Part shown: piece after piece, positions 21,259 to 33,019 of the stretch
Layout of the letters: the number at the start of each line of letters is the position of its first letter
How positions within the stretch are numbered: the first letter of the stretch is position 1
IMG/VR virus record: IMGVR_UViG_3300033156_000724
From: an uncultured virus (IMG/VR IMGVR_UViG_3300033156_000724)
Lineage: Duplodnaviria; Heunggongvirae; Uroviricota; Caudoviricetes
DNA length: 64,000 nucleotides
Strand: one strand, 5' to 3'
Notes under the pieces: generated by a model
The model's input: only the letters and a program-made list of their open reading frames with translations
The model's database searches: none
Told to the model about the DNA's origin: nothing
Made by a program: the position numbers and the translations under genes

Positions 21259-23296
21259 AATATGTTGCCGGGCACCCTGATGGAGGTAGTGCCGGCGAGC
21301 ATAATATTAATGTTTCGCGGCTTCTGGTAACTGCAACATAAAACATTCTACGTATTGCATCTTGATTATTTTTTTCCATATATGCCGCCCTGCTAAGATC
21401 CGGAAATACAACAACACAGTCTGCCTCTCCCCCTTTCACCGAATGGACAGTTCCAATAATAAGTTTCGGTTTTTTGCGCAAAGTATCAGCTCCACAATAT
21501 TTAAGAACAGACATAGGATAATTTAAACTATTCATCCTGGATTTTACAACGTTATTTTTAAGCCATTGTATATCTCTGCTTAATGCAGCATTAACAGCAG
21601 CTGGCGATAATATATCATTAAGAACTTCACGAGTAGTGTGAAGACCCATTGCATGTTCATCAACCGCCTTTTCCAAAACTGCTAAAGCTTTCTTTCCTTT
21701 TTTCTTGATCAGGCCGGTTTCTCCAACTTTAATAAACCTGGCCCACTTTAAAAATTGCGGAACACTCCAATAAGCATCATCAGATTTATCAAGAAAATTT
21801 ATAAGTAAATTGATAGAGGATACTCCGTTTTGTCTGTAGAATGGATTCCAATCATATCTTTGCAATCGATATGGATTATGAAATGGGATACCCTTAGCTC
21901 GTAATAAGTGCTTTAACGGTTCAAGCATATAGGAACATGATGCCAAAAACATAACATTTTTATCTTGTTTTATATATTGAAGAGCAAGCTCCAAAACTCC
22001 ATCTGGAGCTTTGAAATTATCATTATGATAAATAACTTCACCAGGAACCGGATCAAGATTATCATCCATGCGAGCCCTATATTCTTTTGGTTCCCTGATA
22101 GTAACTTTTGAGATTATTTTATTGGCAACCTTTAAAACCGTTTCTGGAACTCTCCAACTTTGTTTTAATACCGTTTTAAATTCTTTTGATATGGGCGGAT
22201 TAATAAGAGATTTAACATCAGCGCCTATCCATTCATATAATGTTTGATCATCATCAGCGCACATAACAAACCACTCCATCGCTGCGCCCCATGATCTGAT
22301 CAGTTTAAATTGCACTGGTGTGAAGTCTTGGGCTTCATCTAAAAACATAACAGCAGGATTATTAGGAGCAATTGGAAACTCCTCGATTGCATTTTCAATT
22401 AAATCTTCAAAATCAACAACATTAAGTTCTTTTTTGAATCCATCCCATGCTTTCTTAAAACTTCTAAGGCTAACCCTCCATGTACTTTCTGGAATCATCT
22501 TGGCTTTCAAAATCTGGATTTCAGACAAAACTTTATCACCGTTATTTTGTGGATTAAAACAATCATCATATTCATCTGCTGACTTCCCGCTCCCTGATAA
22601 TAACCAACGAGGATTTTCAGTATTCCATTCTTTAATATGCTTAATTGCAAGGTCCGGCTGGCCAAACGCTCGATAACATAAACTATGAAGAGTGCCTACG
22701 TTTCGTTCATCAACCTTAATATCCCTAGAAGCAATTTCTTTGGCCGCTGCCCTGGTAAATGATGCAACCATAACTTTATCATGACCGTATTTTTCAATTG
22801 CTCGGGGAACATGCCGGCGGGCTAGTACTCGGGTTTTGCCTGTGTTATGAACAATGAATTCATTAGCTACATAATTATGATACGGAGAAGCCATCGCCAC
22901 AGCAAAGGTCGGTCCTTTACCAACATACTCAATGCGTTTAATGGTATCTTTAGCAGGAAAAACACATCCATCATAAACATTAACAACACTCCCGGGTTTT
23001 AAATTGGCTAACTCAACAAATTCACCCGGAGTTTTAAATGGATGATCTATCGTTGTTGTTATTGATCTGCCGGATATTGTAGTTGTTTTATATAATTTTT
23101 GAATTTTGCTGTATGAAATATATAAAATATCATGGGGTCCGATTAACTCACCCTGCAATGATAATAACTGTTTAGGAATAGTCATACAGTTAATTTTAAA
23201 GTATGCCATTTCTATTGTATATGGTCTTCCGCTGATATTTAAAATAGTATCAACAGCCAAACATCCTGGCGGACCGAATATACGGTATTCTTTCAT
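21236..23296 (-). CDS. UvrD/Rep-like SF1 helicase containing a mini-intein
   Basis: Split Walker A GPPG|TGKT, SFTRAAA, DEAQD, DDDQ, TVHSVKGGE, YVAVTRS. Confidence 0.9.
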   Translation of the reverse strand: MKEYRIFGPPGCLAVDTILNISGRPYTIEMAYFKINCMTIPKQLLSLQGELIGPHDILYISYSKIQKLYKTTTISGRSITTTIDHPFKTPGEFVELANLKPGSVVNVYDGCVFPAKDTIKRIEYVGKGPTFAVAMASPYHNYVANEFIVHNTGKTRVLARRHVPRAIEKYGHDKVMVASFTRAAAKEIASRDIKVDERNVGTLHSLCYRAFGQPDLAIKHIKEWNTENPRWLLSGSGKSADEYDDCFNPQNNGDKVLSEIQILKAKMIPESTWRVSLRSFKKAWDGFKKELNVVDFEDLIENAIEEFPIAPNNPAVMFLDEAQDFTPVQFKLIRSWGAAMEWFVMCADDDQTLYEWIGADVKSLINPPISKEFKTVLKQSWRVPETVLKVANKIISKVTIREPKEYRARMDDNLDPVPGEVIYHNDNFKAPDGVLELALQYIKQDKNVMFLASCSYMLEPLKHLLRAKGIPFHNPYRLQRYDWNPFYRQNGVSSINLLINFLDKSDDAYWSVPQFLKWARFIKVGETGLIKKKGKKALAVLEKAVDEHAMGLHTTREVLNDILSPAAVNAALSRDIQWLKNNVVKSRMNSLNYPMSVLKYCGADTLRKKPKLIIGTVHSVKGGEADCVVVFPDLSRAAYMEKNNQDAIRRMFYVAVTRSRETLILCSPALPPSGCPATYFEWPKRR
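22844..23263 (-). mobile_element. Mini-intein (Hint only, 140 aa)
   Basis: Starts CLAVDT, has block B TIDHPF, ends NEFIVHN followed by Thr; no endonuclease domain. Confidence 0.9.
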
Positions 23297-23307
23297 AATG
23301 CTTCAAC

Positions 23308-25461
23308 CTATTTAAGTGGCAATTCAATTTGTTTTTCCTGAACAGACACGGTATATTTCTCTGATTTCAGCTTGGGTTCTGGGTAGAACTCCAAGCTTGG
23401 TGTAATTTCGACCTGTTCGTTGTTGCCATCTAGGTTCAGTTTGATTGTCAAATTTAGATCATAGCCACTTTTCTCAAAAGCTGTAGCGATGTTCTGATGA
23501 TAATTATTAATTAGATTTGCCACTTCTTTTAAAATTTGTTCAATTGTTCTGTCTAAGTTCATGGTTTTCCTCCTCCAATTTCTGTGCCCGTGCTTTCCAT
23601 ATTCTCAATTCCTGTCTTAATTTTAACAACTCAGCTGCTCGATTGCCTATTGTCGCAGCATGATGAATGCCGTAACCGGCAAAAACGATAATCAAAATAG
23701 AGAAAAATGATATTACTATTACCATTATGTCATGGGTTCCCGGCATTTAGACCTCCTTCGCATCCAGAAGACACTCCTCTTCTAATTCTGCGTACATAGT
23801 TTCATAAACATAGTTAGCCATAGCCAGCGGTAAATCAATATTCTGAAATTGTATTTTATTTATCTCCGCCCGCTCTCTACACGGTTCTTCGTGCCTCGAC
23901 CCCGGAATTTCCGGCGCAATCTCATAAAAAACCCTGACCGGAATCTTGATTTCTGTATCAATATAATTCTGCACCATTATTCCCCCCCCAATTTAATTTT
24001 TATCCTCTTTGATCATCTTGTTTAGCTCATCAATGAGCTTTTTTGGTGTCCTGGCACTCCGACACCCTTCTTCTATTTTGATTTTTCTTGTTCGCTTTCT
24101 TTGTTTTTTAATTCGTGCTCCCATATTGTTCATCCTCCTTAAAATAAAATATCCATTACATCAGCGGCGCTCCTGGTGGTATGCTTGTGATCTAAGGAAG
24201 TAATTTCTTTCCTCATAGCAAAAACAACATCACCAAAAGCTTCTATTATTGTTTCTGCAGTAGTGCTATCTGCCGCCATTGCCATAGCACGCCACTTAAT
24301 AAATTTTTCGACTACATCGTCAGAAGCAATAACCATCATATTCAATCCGATTCTTTGCAATTTAATAGCCATTGCTTTCACTTTCCCCTGATTTAATTTC
24401 GAGGATGCAAGCATGTCCATAACCACACCAATAAACTCTGAATACAGCTCTACCTTTTTAGTCTGTGTCATAAATTTCTCCTTTCTTCTTTAATTAGCGA
24501 ACTCCTTCTTCACTATACCATTTCACAAATGTATCTAAGTCCAATCCTTCAACCTCAATCTCCCCAACATCAACAAGCAATGTTGCTGTTGCCCACTCAC
24601 CTTTCATTAAATTGATTTTGACTCCCCGCACTACATTCGAGATATCTATGCCAGTCTCCATATGCTCAACTTTTACATGATCTGATATTGCCACAAACGG
24701 GTGGCTATCAGCAGCCGGCTTCAGTGTTATCTTCAATCCCATACAACCTCCTTACAACTAACGAGAAAATTACTCGCTCTTTTTAGTCATGTGAATTTCA
24801 TAAATGACGGTTCTTCCAACCTTCATGCTCCAAAACTCTGTGATGTTGAATGAAAAAGTTTCATTATCTTAGCTTTGGCCTTATAGTATAGGTTTTCCCT
24901 ATATTACATATAGGGGATGTCTGATTACTAAGGAAATATTCGAATATCCTCATTAGATTTCCTCTTTTTTAATTGATAATTTAGCTGTCGTTTAATAACA
25001 TGCAATGGCCAAAAAGGTTTACCACATTCGTCGCAGCTTATCGAAGCCAACAATCCCGAATGCGCGACACCACAATGGGGACATACTATCGCTCCATGTG
25101 GAAGAATAGCCTGGTATGATTGTTCAGGTGATTGTTTTGATATTTCTGTTTTATCATCACCATTTTCGGTCCCGCTTGATGCACCATCTTTATAGGCACG
25201 CAACAGAGGTTCGGCTGTTTGAAAACTGTTAATCGCTCGAATATTATAAAGACCATATTTCACGCAATACCGCTCGCCAGGACCAACATATTCGCCGCAT
25301 TCCGAACATGGCCCACCTTCAGCCTCAATTTTGAACTCAAGAAGCTCGTGCCAAATAGCACAAGCATCGCATGGATTATCATTCAGTCCCCTGCCTCCGC
25401 ATGAACAATAATTATTGATAATGTTCATTAGCTGGTCTTCGCTTATTATTATCTTATACAT
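23308..25461 (-). CDS. Run of small hypothetical ORFs (23308-23562, 23540-23746, 23747-23977, 24139-24471, 24494-24742, 24928-25461)
   Basis: Co-oriented and tightly packed, mostly with GGAG-type RBS. Confidence 0.55.
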
Positions 25462-25468
25462 TTATACC

Positions 25469-25528
25469 TCCTATCGTTTTTAGTTGGTCTGCACTACTTT
25501 TTGGCGTTAGAGTCCAACGTTGTTGCCA
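25469..25528 (-). repeat. Degenerate attC-like site
   Basis: Similar to the 26279/29091 family (ctttttggcgttagagtc); cores eroded. Confidence 0.5.
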
Positions 25529-25738
25529 CAAACCATTCACGCCACACTTCAGTTATCTGCCAGAACATAGCTCTAATATTTGTAAATATCATGCGAGCAT
25601 TCTTACGTTTGTAATGTTTTACAGCCGACATAAAAAAAGCCAGCGCACCATTGATGTGAAACCACACCAGGAAGTATTTAGCTTTAGGATTTCTCGACAT
25701 TTTCCTAAACACAAGATAATATGTTTTAGTGATAAGAT

Positions 25739-25834
25739 TCATAATGTCTGAACTCACCAGTGGGCAGGAAACTCAAAATGTCGATTTACTCCGATAGCCG
25801 ACCCTGCCCATCTGCGTGCAGCGCCTGGTTATCA
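25739..25834 (-). repeat. Long attC-like site
   Basis: tcataat...tgggcagg/cctgccca inner stem...ggttatc. Confidence 0.7.
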
Positions 25835-26033
25835 AAATATCGTTTTTCAGTTTTCTATTTTGCAATTTTCAATGTCTGATATGGTCCTATGCCAATGTCG
25901 GAATCATAATACATCGGATAAATATACCATCCGTCTGATTCTCGGCATATCCCGCCATATTTCAGATGCGTATACCATCCAGATTCTTCTTTTCTCCATT
26001 CAAAATGACTGCCACTCATAATCTAAATTCCTT

Positions 26034-26091
26034 TTATAACCACATTAGTTTAGCAGGCGGCTATTCGCTCCGCTGGAACGCTTTGTTATGC
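26034..26091 (-). repeat. attC site
   Basis: ttataac...gttatgc, 58 bp imperfect palindrome. Confidence 0.8.
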
Positions 26092-26278
26092 TATCCTCTC
26101 AATCGCCTTAGCTAACGGCAACCATTTCGATACACGTCCCCCACATTTGGCGCATATATATCCGTGATCGTCTGTATACACTTTTCCATATTTTTTACAT
26201 GCGGGGTTGTCCAGGTTGCAATACCTGCCTCCAGGCTTCTCAAATTTTATTTTGTTTTTTTTTCATTTTTTCCTCAAA

Positions 26279-26339
26279 GCATAAAACTTAGCTGACCTGC
26301 GGCTGCTTTTTACCATCAGAGTCGAGCAACTGGTTGTGC
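26279..26339 (-). repeat. attC site
   Basis: gcataaaac ttagctgacc...gtcgagcaactg gttgtgc; ORF 26288-26548 reads into it (HNQLLDSD). Confidence 0.8.
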
Positions 26340-27194
26340 TGTATATGTATATTATCTTCCAAATCCAAGCCACATTTCTTGCAGGAATTGTCAATTCCAT
26401 TATTTACATAGTAATGGGCAAAGGTTTTTTCGAGCAAGCTTATCCTTTTCTCGTTTTTTGTTGGTGTGTCAGGATAGCAAACATGACAAGAAACTTTATA
26501 TTCTGTCCCGCATTTTTTACATATTACACCCATAATTACTCCTTTCACTCGTCGGCCGCCACATTGTTTATAAAAGTTTAAGCTCGTTCGGCCATACTAG
26601 GCATTTATGATTCCCCATATTATATCTTACATCTGGCTTTATATCAGTGTAAATAATATATGCAGCTACATGCTTACTATCTATTGATGATTTTATTATT
26701 TTTTCTACTGTAGCATTACCCAAATAATCATGGACAACCCTATCACCAATTTTAAACTTTTCCGCTTTTTTCATTTTTTTCTTTAAGTTTAGCAATTACA
26801 AGGCCAACGGCATAATCATTAACCCATCTGGGGTCATCCATGAATGCCATGACTGTCGCTCGGTCACGATTAAGATCATACAAAATCCCCTCGGCAGGTT
26901 GTTTTATAAACTCCTCTATGTCTGCCTCTTTTGGTCCGTCCAATGTCATAAAAACAATTTTACCTTCTTTTTCTTTTTGAAGGACCAACTCTTTTAATTT
27001 CTCTTTATCAGTCATGGTTCATCCCCTTATCGCTATCAATTTAACTGAAGAAATATCCTTCACTTTACATGTACAGCTTTGTTGTTTTAAAGAATAAGCG
27101 TCTTCCGCTTGGTTCCATGCCCATGATTGGGCAGGTGGAATCTTAGCTCTTTTACAATATTTCATTTTCCATCGCCATTTGTACATATTTACCC

Positions 27195-27245
27195 CTCTAA
27201 TCAGCCGCCGTGCTCTTTTCGGTCAGCTGCATTGCTTGATTATGC
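27195..27245 (-). repeat. Truncated attC-like site
   Basis: cagccg...cggtcagctgcattgcttgattatgc. Confidence 0.6.
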
Positions 27246-27423
27246 TTTTTAGCAGAAAACCTATGAATATAAGTATCGCCTCCAGTATATGTTATCCTAC
27301 AATCTTCTCTTCGATCTCTGTGCATTGCCCTATGACGTGTAATTCCAAGATAGTGAAAACTTTTTTTACAGGTATGGCAATAACAATTTTTAAACCTCGT
27401 CACTTTCATTTTACCCTTTTGAA

Positions 27424-27478
27424 GCATAACAGATTAAGTCAGCAACGTTTTTCAATCTGCCAGGACAACTGATTATCT
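27424..27478 (-). repeat. attC-like site
   Basis: gcataac...gtcagca/tgccaggac...attatct. Confidence 0.65.
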
Positions 27479-27727
27479 GTCTCATCTTTCACCAATTCTG
27501 GTTTACCGATAAAAAGTGCTGCACTTCTAAAAGCATCAAAACATTGATCATGTACGCCGTCTTCGTCATTGGCCCAAATAATGATTCCTTTCAATAATGC
27601 TTCAATATGGTTTTTAGCTTCTTGTTCCACATTGTAGTGTGGACAGTTAGGGTGATGTTGTGTAAGTAACAACACATTATCACGTGCCCAATTTTTACAT
27701 TCGCAATCTATCATATTGCTCCTTCCC

Positions 27728-27849
27728 CGATAACGATTGAATTAAGCGATACGCCCACAAATCGGGGATACCAAATCATAGCCAAGCGGATCGGGCTTCA
27801 TGTCTTTGCAGCACGGATTTCTCACATCTGCTTTAACGGGTTGGTATCG
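27728..27849 (-). repeat. Long attC-like site
   Basis: cgataac gattgaattaagc...gctttaacgggtt ggtatcg. Confidence 0.6.
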
Positions 27850-28092
27850 CCAACCCGTTTGTGTTTGATACCAATCACACATTCTTGTGTTCCCATAACA
27901 GCGCATGCAAAACTTAGAGTCTATGCCATTGCATATTGGACAACCCTTTTTCCTTTTGTCTTCTGATAATGATTTCATTTTTTACCTGTTTGTTTTTTTT
28001 GTTATACTGTTTTTATATTTTTAAAACTTCTCGCATAAGGCCATGTTTTTCACATATTTCTCGGCACCTTAAAAAATGAGTGGTTAAGTCCA

Positions 28093-28440
28093 TCATTTCT
28101 GTAGCACCATTTCTGTAGCACGGCCGCCTGTAATTTCTTTTGATGTTTTTATTAACATCGCAAGCGTTTCAACAAAATCCTTATTATGCACTTTTTTGCC
28201 AGCTATTAATGCTCCTTCCAACGGCTCTTTATAATCCCGTCCACTGAACACAGGGGTTATACCCGATGTTCTTTGTTGCCAAAGACGGTTAGCTTCCATG
28301 CCGTCTTTTGATATTGGCCCTTGCGCGCCGCATGAAACACATTTTATTGCTTTCCACGGTTTGCCTTTTGTTGTTGATAAAAGTGTTAGTTTCAGATTCT
28401 CGGTTTCTCCGCAAAAAGGACATTTTACCAAATGATCCAC
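28093..28440 (-). CDS. Lar-family (restriction alleviation-like) zinc-ribbon protein reading through an eroded attC
   Basis: KCPFCG...IKCVSCGAQGP...ANRLWQQR; internal ttccaac...gttatac at 28216-28262. Confidence 0.65.
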   Translation of the reverse strand: MDHLVKCPFCGETENLKLTLLSTTKGKPWKAIKCVSCGAQGPISKDGMEANRLWQQRTSGITPVFSGRDYKEPLEGALIAGKKVHNKDFVETLAMLIKTSKEITGGRATEMVLQK

Positions 28441-28457
28441 TTTTTATTTCCTCCAGG

Positions 28458-28516
28458 ATATAATATACTTAGATTAGCCGCCCATTCTTTGAGTCAGATA
28501 GATTTACTTGTTAGTT
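28458..28516 (-). repeat. attC site
   Basis: atataat...gttagtt, 59 bp. Confidence 0.65.
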
Positions 28517-28667
28517 TTTTTGCTTCTTTATAATCATGCCGTAGGCCCACACATCGAACCGTGCCTTTTTGATCTTCTATATATTTTCTTTGGCGATGAG
28601 AATAATCCCCGTAAATCATTTTTCTTATTTTTTTTGATTTCTTGCCATTCATCTTTGTCTCCTTAAA

Positions 28668-28718
28668 AACTAACGTTTAATTAAGCAGCTTTTGTCTGCC
28701 TGAATTTCTTGGTTATGT
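28668..28718 (-). repeat. attC site
   Basis: aactaac...aattaagcag/ctgcctgaatt...gttatgt. Confidence 0.8.
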
Positions 28719-28794
28719 GTCGCCCCCACTCTGGAATCAAACCAGTAGGCTGAAGACTAGGACAGCCAGCCCGCCCATCAGGGATCAGGAGGGC
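28719..28794 (-). ncRNA. ORF-less cassette with tRNA-like fold
   Basis: Minus strand: GCCCUC/GGGGGC terminal stem, CUGG-UUUGAUU-CCAG T-like arm, GGCUG/CAGCC stem; bounded by two attC sites. Confidence 0.4.
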
Positions 28795-28854
28795 ACATAA
28801 CACTAAACTGAGCCGCCGAAGTTTTTATTGATCGCCCCCAGTGACTTGTTGGAA
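28795..28854 (-). repeat. attC site
   Basis: acataac...gttggaa, 60 bp. Confidence 0.8.
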
Positions 28855-29090
28855 GGAAATTTTTGGTATATTAATTTCCTTTATAGTTTTTTTTGCTAAA
28901 TCGATTTCATAAAGATGACCAACATAACTTTCTGGCTCAAAATTAGAAACCGACTGTTCTCTTTCCCAAAGTAAAATTGCTGCCTGTTTTGGCGATGAAA
29001 CAACTTTTTGAGTTACTGGCATATTTTTTATGCCAGTAAAATAATGAGACATTAAAATAATAAATAATAGTATTTTCATAACAAATTTCC

Positions 29091-29151
29091 TTCCAACAAT
29101 TTAGCTGACCGATGCTACTTTTTGGTGTCAGAATCTAGCAGCTTGTTATCT
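29091..29151 (-). repeat. attC site
   Basis: ttccaac aatttagctgacc...tctagcagctt gttatct. Confidence 0.8.
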
Positions 29152-30842
29152 GTCTTCGGTATTTTTACTGTGGGCATAGGAATTCGTGGACATTTAATAG
29201 CTGGTTCCTTGTAATTACATCCCCATCGAACACAATGAGAAGAGCCAAAAATGTCAGCAGTGTCAAAATATAGCCGATGCCCAAAAATTTTACATAATAT
29301 ATTCACAACAAACTCCTTTATGTATGAATCAGCGTTGAGTGTTCATCCGCCGGACCGGCTTGTTAAGTGTTTTATAATTATTAAGTAAAACTGTTGAACA
29401 TTTTGTGCCACGTTGAACACTCGATTGCACGGTAACACCCTCAACAGCTAAATCCCTATCTCGAATAGAGGCTAAAATATGCTCTAATGTCGCGGATATT
29501 ATTAAGGTTCCGTCATTATGGACAAGTTCCGCATAGATGGTATTTGGTCTCAGCTGACCATGTTCGTTTCCATCCATTCTAATATTTTGTAAATGATATA
29601 TTTCCATTTTTTTCTTCTTTCTTTGATTCCGGTGCTATGATTTTAGAATAACGAATATAATTCTCATCAATATTCACTTCCACTATTATAAAACCTGGAA
29701 TAGTAGTTTGAATTATTTTTTTTATCATAGCAGTCTTATCAGTTGACTTTGATCCACTTATTGAGACTGTAATAGTTTTTTCCCAAATATCTTGATTGAT
29801 AATCATAAATTTTGCTTCTATATAATTCAATAGATCCTGAACATCTTTGTTTGGCATGTCCAATTTGGGATTTATTTCTTTTATGTATTCAAAAAAATCA
29901 CGCCTGTCTTCTTCTGTTAAAAAATTCATATTTCCCCCTTTTCCGCTATCCCGACAACATGGAAATCAGCAATCTTCTATCTTTGGTTTTGGCAGATTTC
30001 CAACATTATCTAATTCGGCGGCCAGCTTATGAAAATAAATTGCACACATATCACCGTAATCATCAACAGGACTGCCGTCCTCGTCAAGAATATTACTAAA
30101 TTCTTCCGGGTTTTCGGAGTATCTCCTTGCCCATTCGTTAAAAATAATAGCCATTCTTTTGTGAGTAATGCTTGTTGTTGGTGGTGCCTTTGGCGCATCG
30201 GGCTTTACCGCGTTTGCTGGTCTTACATTACTTGCTTTTTTCATAGTGATTACCTCCAACGATTATTTATTATTAGATTCCCAGTGAGTCACTTCAACAT
30301 AAGCCTCGTCATGTGTATCAATATCCCACATAGGCTTTCCAATTACATCATTCATCCCTAAAAACTCCGCTTCAATTTCTTCTGTAGAAGAAACACTTCC
30401 AAACCGCCAATAATTTACACGGCACCGTGTTTTTTGACCAACGCTGGGCAACTTTTCTTCAACTGAAATCATAATATATCCCTCCGATATTTACCTTTTT
30501 TGTTATATTTTATCCCAAAGCTCATCAGGCAGTCATATATTATTGTCTTTTTTTTCAAAAGCGCTCCCAGCAGTAAAAACAAGCTCAATTTCCTGATCTT
30601 CAATAGACCTTAGAAAGGCTATAGTTTTATATCCTTCTTCTTGCGCTTCAATTTCTCCAGGTAAAATATTTCTATATCGTTCAATTAGATTATCTTTCAT
30701 TTTTACTTTCATACTACCCTCTCTTCAGGATAGATATCTTTTCGTTTCCACTTTTATTGCGCCGTAAAAGTTTACGTGTCATTATATCTTTCCGTCGTAT
30801 GCTTTTTGGCGGCGCCACCTCACATACACGCCGGCTTAAGAA

Positions 30843-30900
30843 GACTAACGTAGAGTTGGAGCTGTAAGCATAACGAATCAGCTGAAACGGTTTGTTATAA
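30843..30900 (-). repeat. attC site
   Basis: gactaac...gagctg/cagctg...gttataa. Confidence 0.75.
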
Positions 30901-31106
30901 ACCCTCATAACGCCAAGGATTCTGTAAACAAATTTGCCACCGACCACCGTTTTTAATTATATTTAACGCTGCTTCTTTAGTTTTTGGATTGTGCTTCAAT
31001 CCTTTAACACTATCAAATCTGTCCAATTTACAATTTATGCCCCTATTAGTATTTATTGGGCCAGAACAAAATTTCTTACAAGGTATCATAATAGCCCCCT
31101 TTGGGT

Positions 31107-31186
31107 TTATAACGTTAAACTGACTTGATCATTTGCAATTTCCGAATTATAATATGCTTGTTATGTGCAAATGTAATTTGTTATGC
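31107..31186 (-). repeat. attC-like site
   Basis: ttataac...catttgca/tgcaaatg...gttatgc. Confidence 0.7.
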
Positions 31187-31315
31187 GGTGTTGACCCTGG
31201 ATCATATTTTTTATTCAACGTTTTCGTGCTGTAGGTAGCATTGACATTATAATGAATGCTCTTACCGATATTTTCATATCAGACCTTCACACTTCCAGCG
31301 ATTTCAAAGAAAGCC

Positions 31316-31362
31316 GCATAACGTTTGCCTTCACCTGACCAGACCGAAAAACTTTGTTATCC
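31316..31362 (-). repeat. Truncated attC-like site
   Basis: gcataac...gttatcc; ccgcataac is complementary to gttatgcgg at 31180. Confidence 0.6.
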
Positions 31363-32017
31363 ACCTGTTAATTTACTGCTGCATCATATCCCCCTGTATA
31401 AATTAACAGAGTCTTCTAAGAACAATCGAACCAGTCGGTGTTTCGTCCCCTGCGGAAGAGTTGTCTTTATTGCGGAAAAAATTTTATTTGCATCTTCATT
31501 GTACAGGGTTTGTGCTTCTTCCAAAGTGTCCGTTTGTGGTAAGTCTGTGTTTATTTCAATCACTATCCCATTGATAGATTCCTCTTTTCTTATCGGGTCT
31601 GCTTTATGTACAATAATTGTATGGTTCATAATTCCTCCGTAAAATAACAATTTTACCTTTTCCCAGTCAGTACACGTCTCAGTATCCTCATGCACATCTT
31701 TTTTGTGCAGTTCACACCATTTCCATTCACCCAACGGGTCGAGTTCGTGGTGTCTATCGCTGCAATGTTTACAATTATTGCAAAACTCTTTCATGTCATA
31801 ACCGCCCGCATCACAGGCTTATCCTATGTGTGTTGCTACTGCCTGATCTGTAATTTAAAATTTTGCGCCGGCATCCTAAAAAGATTTTCAAACATACCTT
31901 GATTTTCAACATCTTTGGGCCATTTCTGAAAATATACCTGTCCTTTTTTGATCATATGTACATGAATAGCTATGCTGTTTCTCTCAATTACCATTCCTGG
32001 TTTTATATTAATCATTT

Positions 32018-32404
32018 TCATTGTAGGCCCCTAACGTCTGGACTCACGGGCGGTGGTCTTTTGCCATCCCCTGGCTTGTTATGTATTTTGCGTAGCATTA
32101 ATTCAAGCCTCGATAACGCATTCCATGCTAAGTGCGCTTGATGCAATAACCCAGAATCTTTGTCTTGATCCTCATGGCGTTCAGCGAGAAGATGACGCCA
32201 GAGTGCGTCTGTGTATCGAATAAAGCCATTCTCTACGCTTTGCCACCCGCCACGAGAGTATTTAATTGCTCCAAAAGTCCCTACTTTGGCAACCTCCGTT
32301 AAGGCTAAAGAAAAATCAGAAAGAACACCTGCAAGGACTTTACCAGCATCCAGCTTTGCGCCTTGTTCGTGTTGATTTAAACCATTTGGATCTTGTTCAT
32401 GCAT
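32018..32404 (-). CDS. dATP/dGTP diphosphohydrolase domain protein (DUF5664-like)
   Basis: GAKLDAGK, FGAIKY..GGW, YTDALWRH, DSGLLH.AHLAWNAL. Confidence 0.8.
   Translation of the reverse strand: MHEQDPNGLNQHEQGAKLDAGKVLAGVLSDFSLALTEVAKVGTFGAIKYSRGGWQSVENGFIRYTDALWRHLLAERHEDQDKDSGLLHQAHLAWNALSRLELMLRKIHNKPGDGKRPPPVSPDVRGLQ
32029..32084 (-). repeat. attC site
   Basis: ccctaac...gttatgt, overlapping the gene 3' end (HNKPGDG). Confidence 0.7.
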
Positions 32405-32418
32405 ATTGTTCCTTTATG

Positions 32419-32479
32419 GTATAACGGTTAAGCTGACTTGCCGCTGCTTTTTGTCGTCAAGTCCAGCGGCTTGTTAGCT
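32419..32479 (-). repeat. Canonical attC site
   Basis: Minus strand AGCTAAC-AAGCC-GCTGGAC...GTCAGC-TTAACC-GTTATAC; L'' is one base longer than L' (extrahelical G). Confidence 0.9.
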
Positions 32480-32648
32480 GCTTTAACCAATGTTTGCATA
32501 TCTTGCTCAATATCTCTTAAGGCAAATACAATTGCAATCCAACCGCAAACAAGCCTTAAAGCCGGGCCATCAAACTCAAACTTCCATCCGCCATATTTCC
32601 CGACACAAAAATAAAAAGTAAACCCATTCATTTTTTATCCTTTCAGCC

Positions 32649-32784
32649 AGCTAACGTCCTAATAACCTGCATGTAGGGCTTGCACACCCCTTAAAAGAGC
32701 ACTCCCACCCATCTTCCCCTGGCAATTATCGACTCTTACCGACAAGCCGACCCTACGCGTCAGAGTTTGTTTGATTGATTATAC
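32649..32784 (-). repeat. Long attC-like element, copy 1 of 3
   Basis: agctaac...gtagggcttg...caagccgaccctac...attatac; near-identical to 33020-33108 and similar to 36296-36382. Confidence 0.75.
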
Positions 32785-33019
32785 GTTTCTGCTTCATCAA
32801 CCCCCGGATCATCTTCTTGACATCATCCATACAGTCTATGTTGAACACACAGCGAGACGATGGCCAAAAGCAGTATTGACGCCATGCTCCATACCACTTG
32901 ATTTGCCCAAGCACGAGACCGGAAGACTTCGATAAAATATTCCATATTTCGGTTTTGCCGGTTTCTCCAACTTTATCAAATTCCATGTAACGGCTTTCAA
33001 TCATGTTCCCTCCTTAGAA

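Noticed and set aside
28719..28794. Canonical tRNA gene call
   Set aside because: It lacks a 7-nt anticodon loop and a standard D-arm, so it is kept only as a tRNA-like candidate.
32018..32404. 2-aminoadenine (Z-genome) pathway
   Set aside because: No PurZ-like gene or dedicated polymerase is present in the window; the hydrolase alone is not sufficient evidence.
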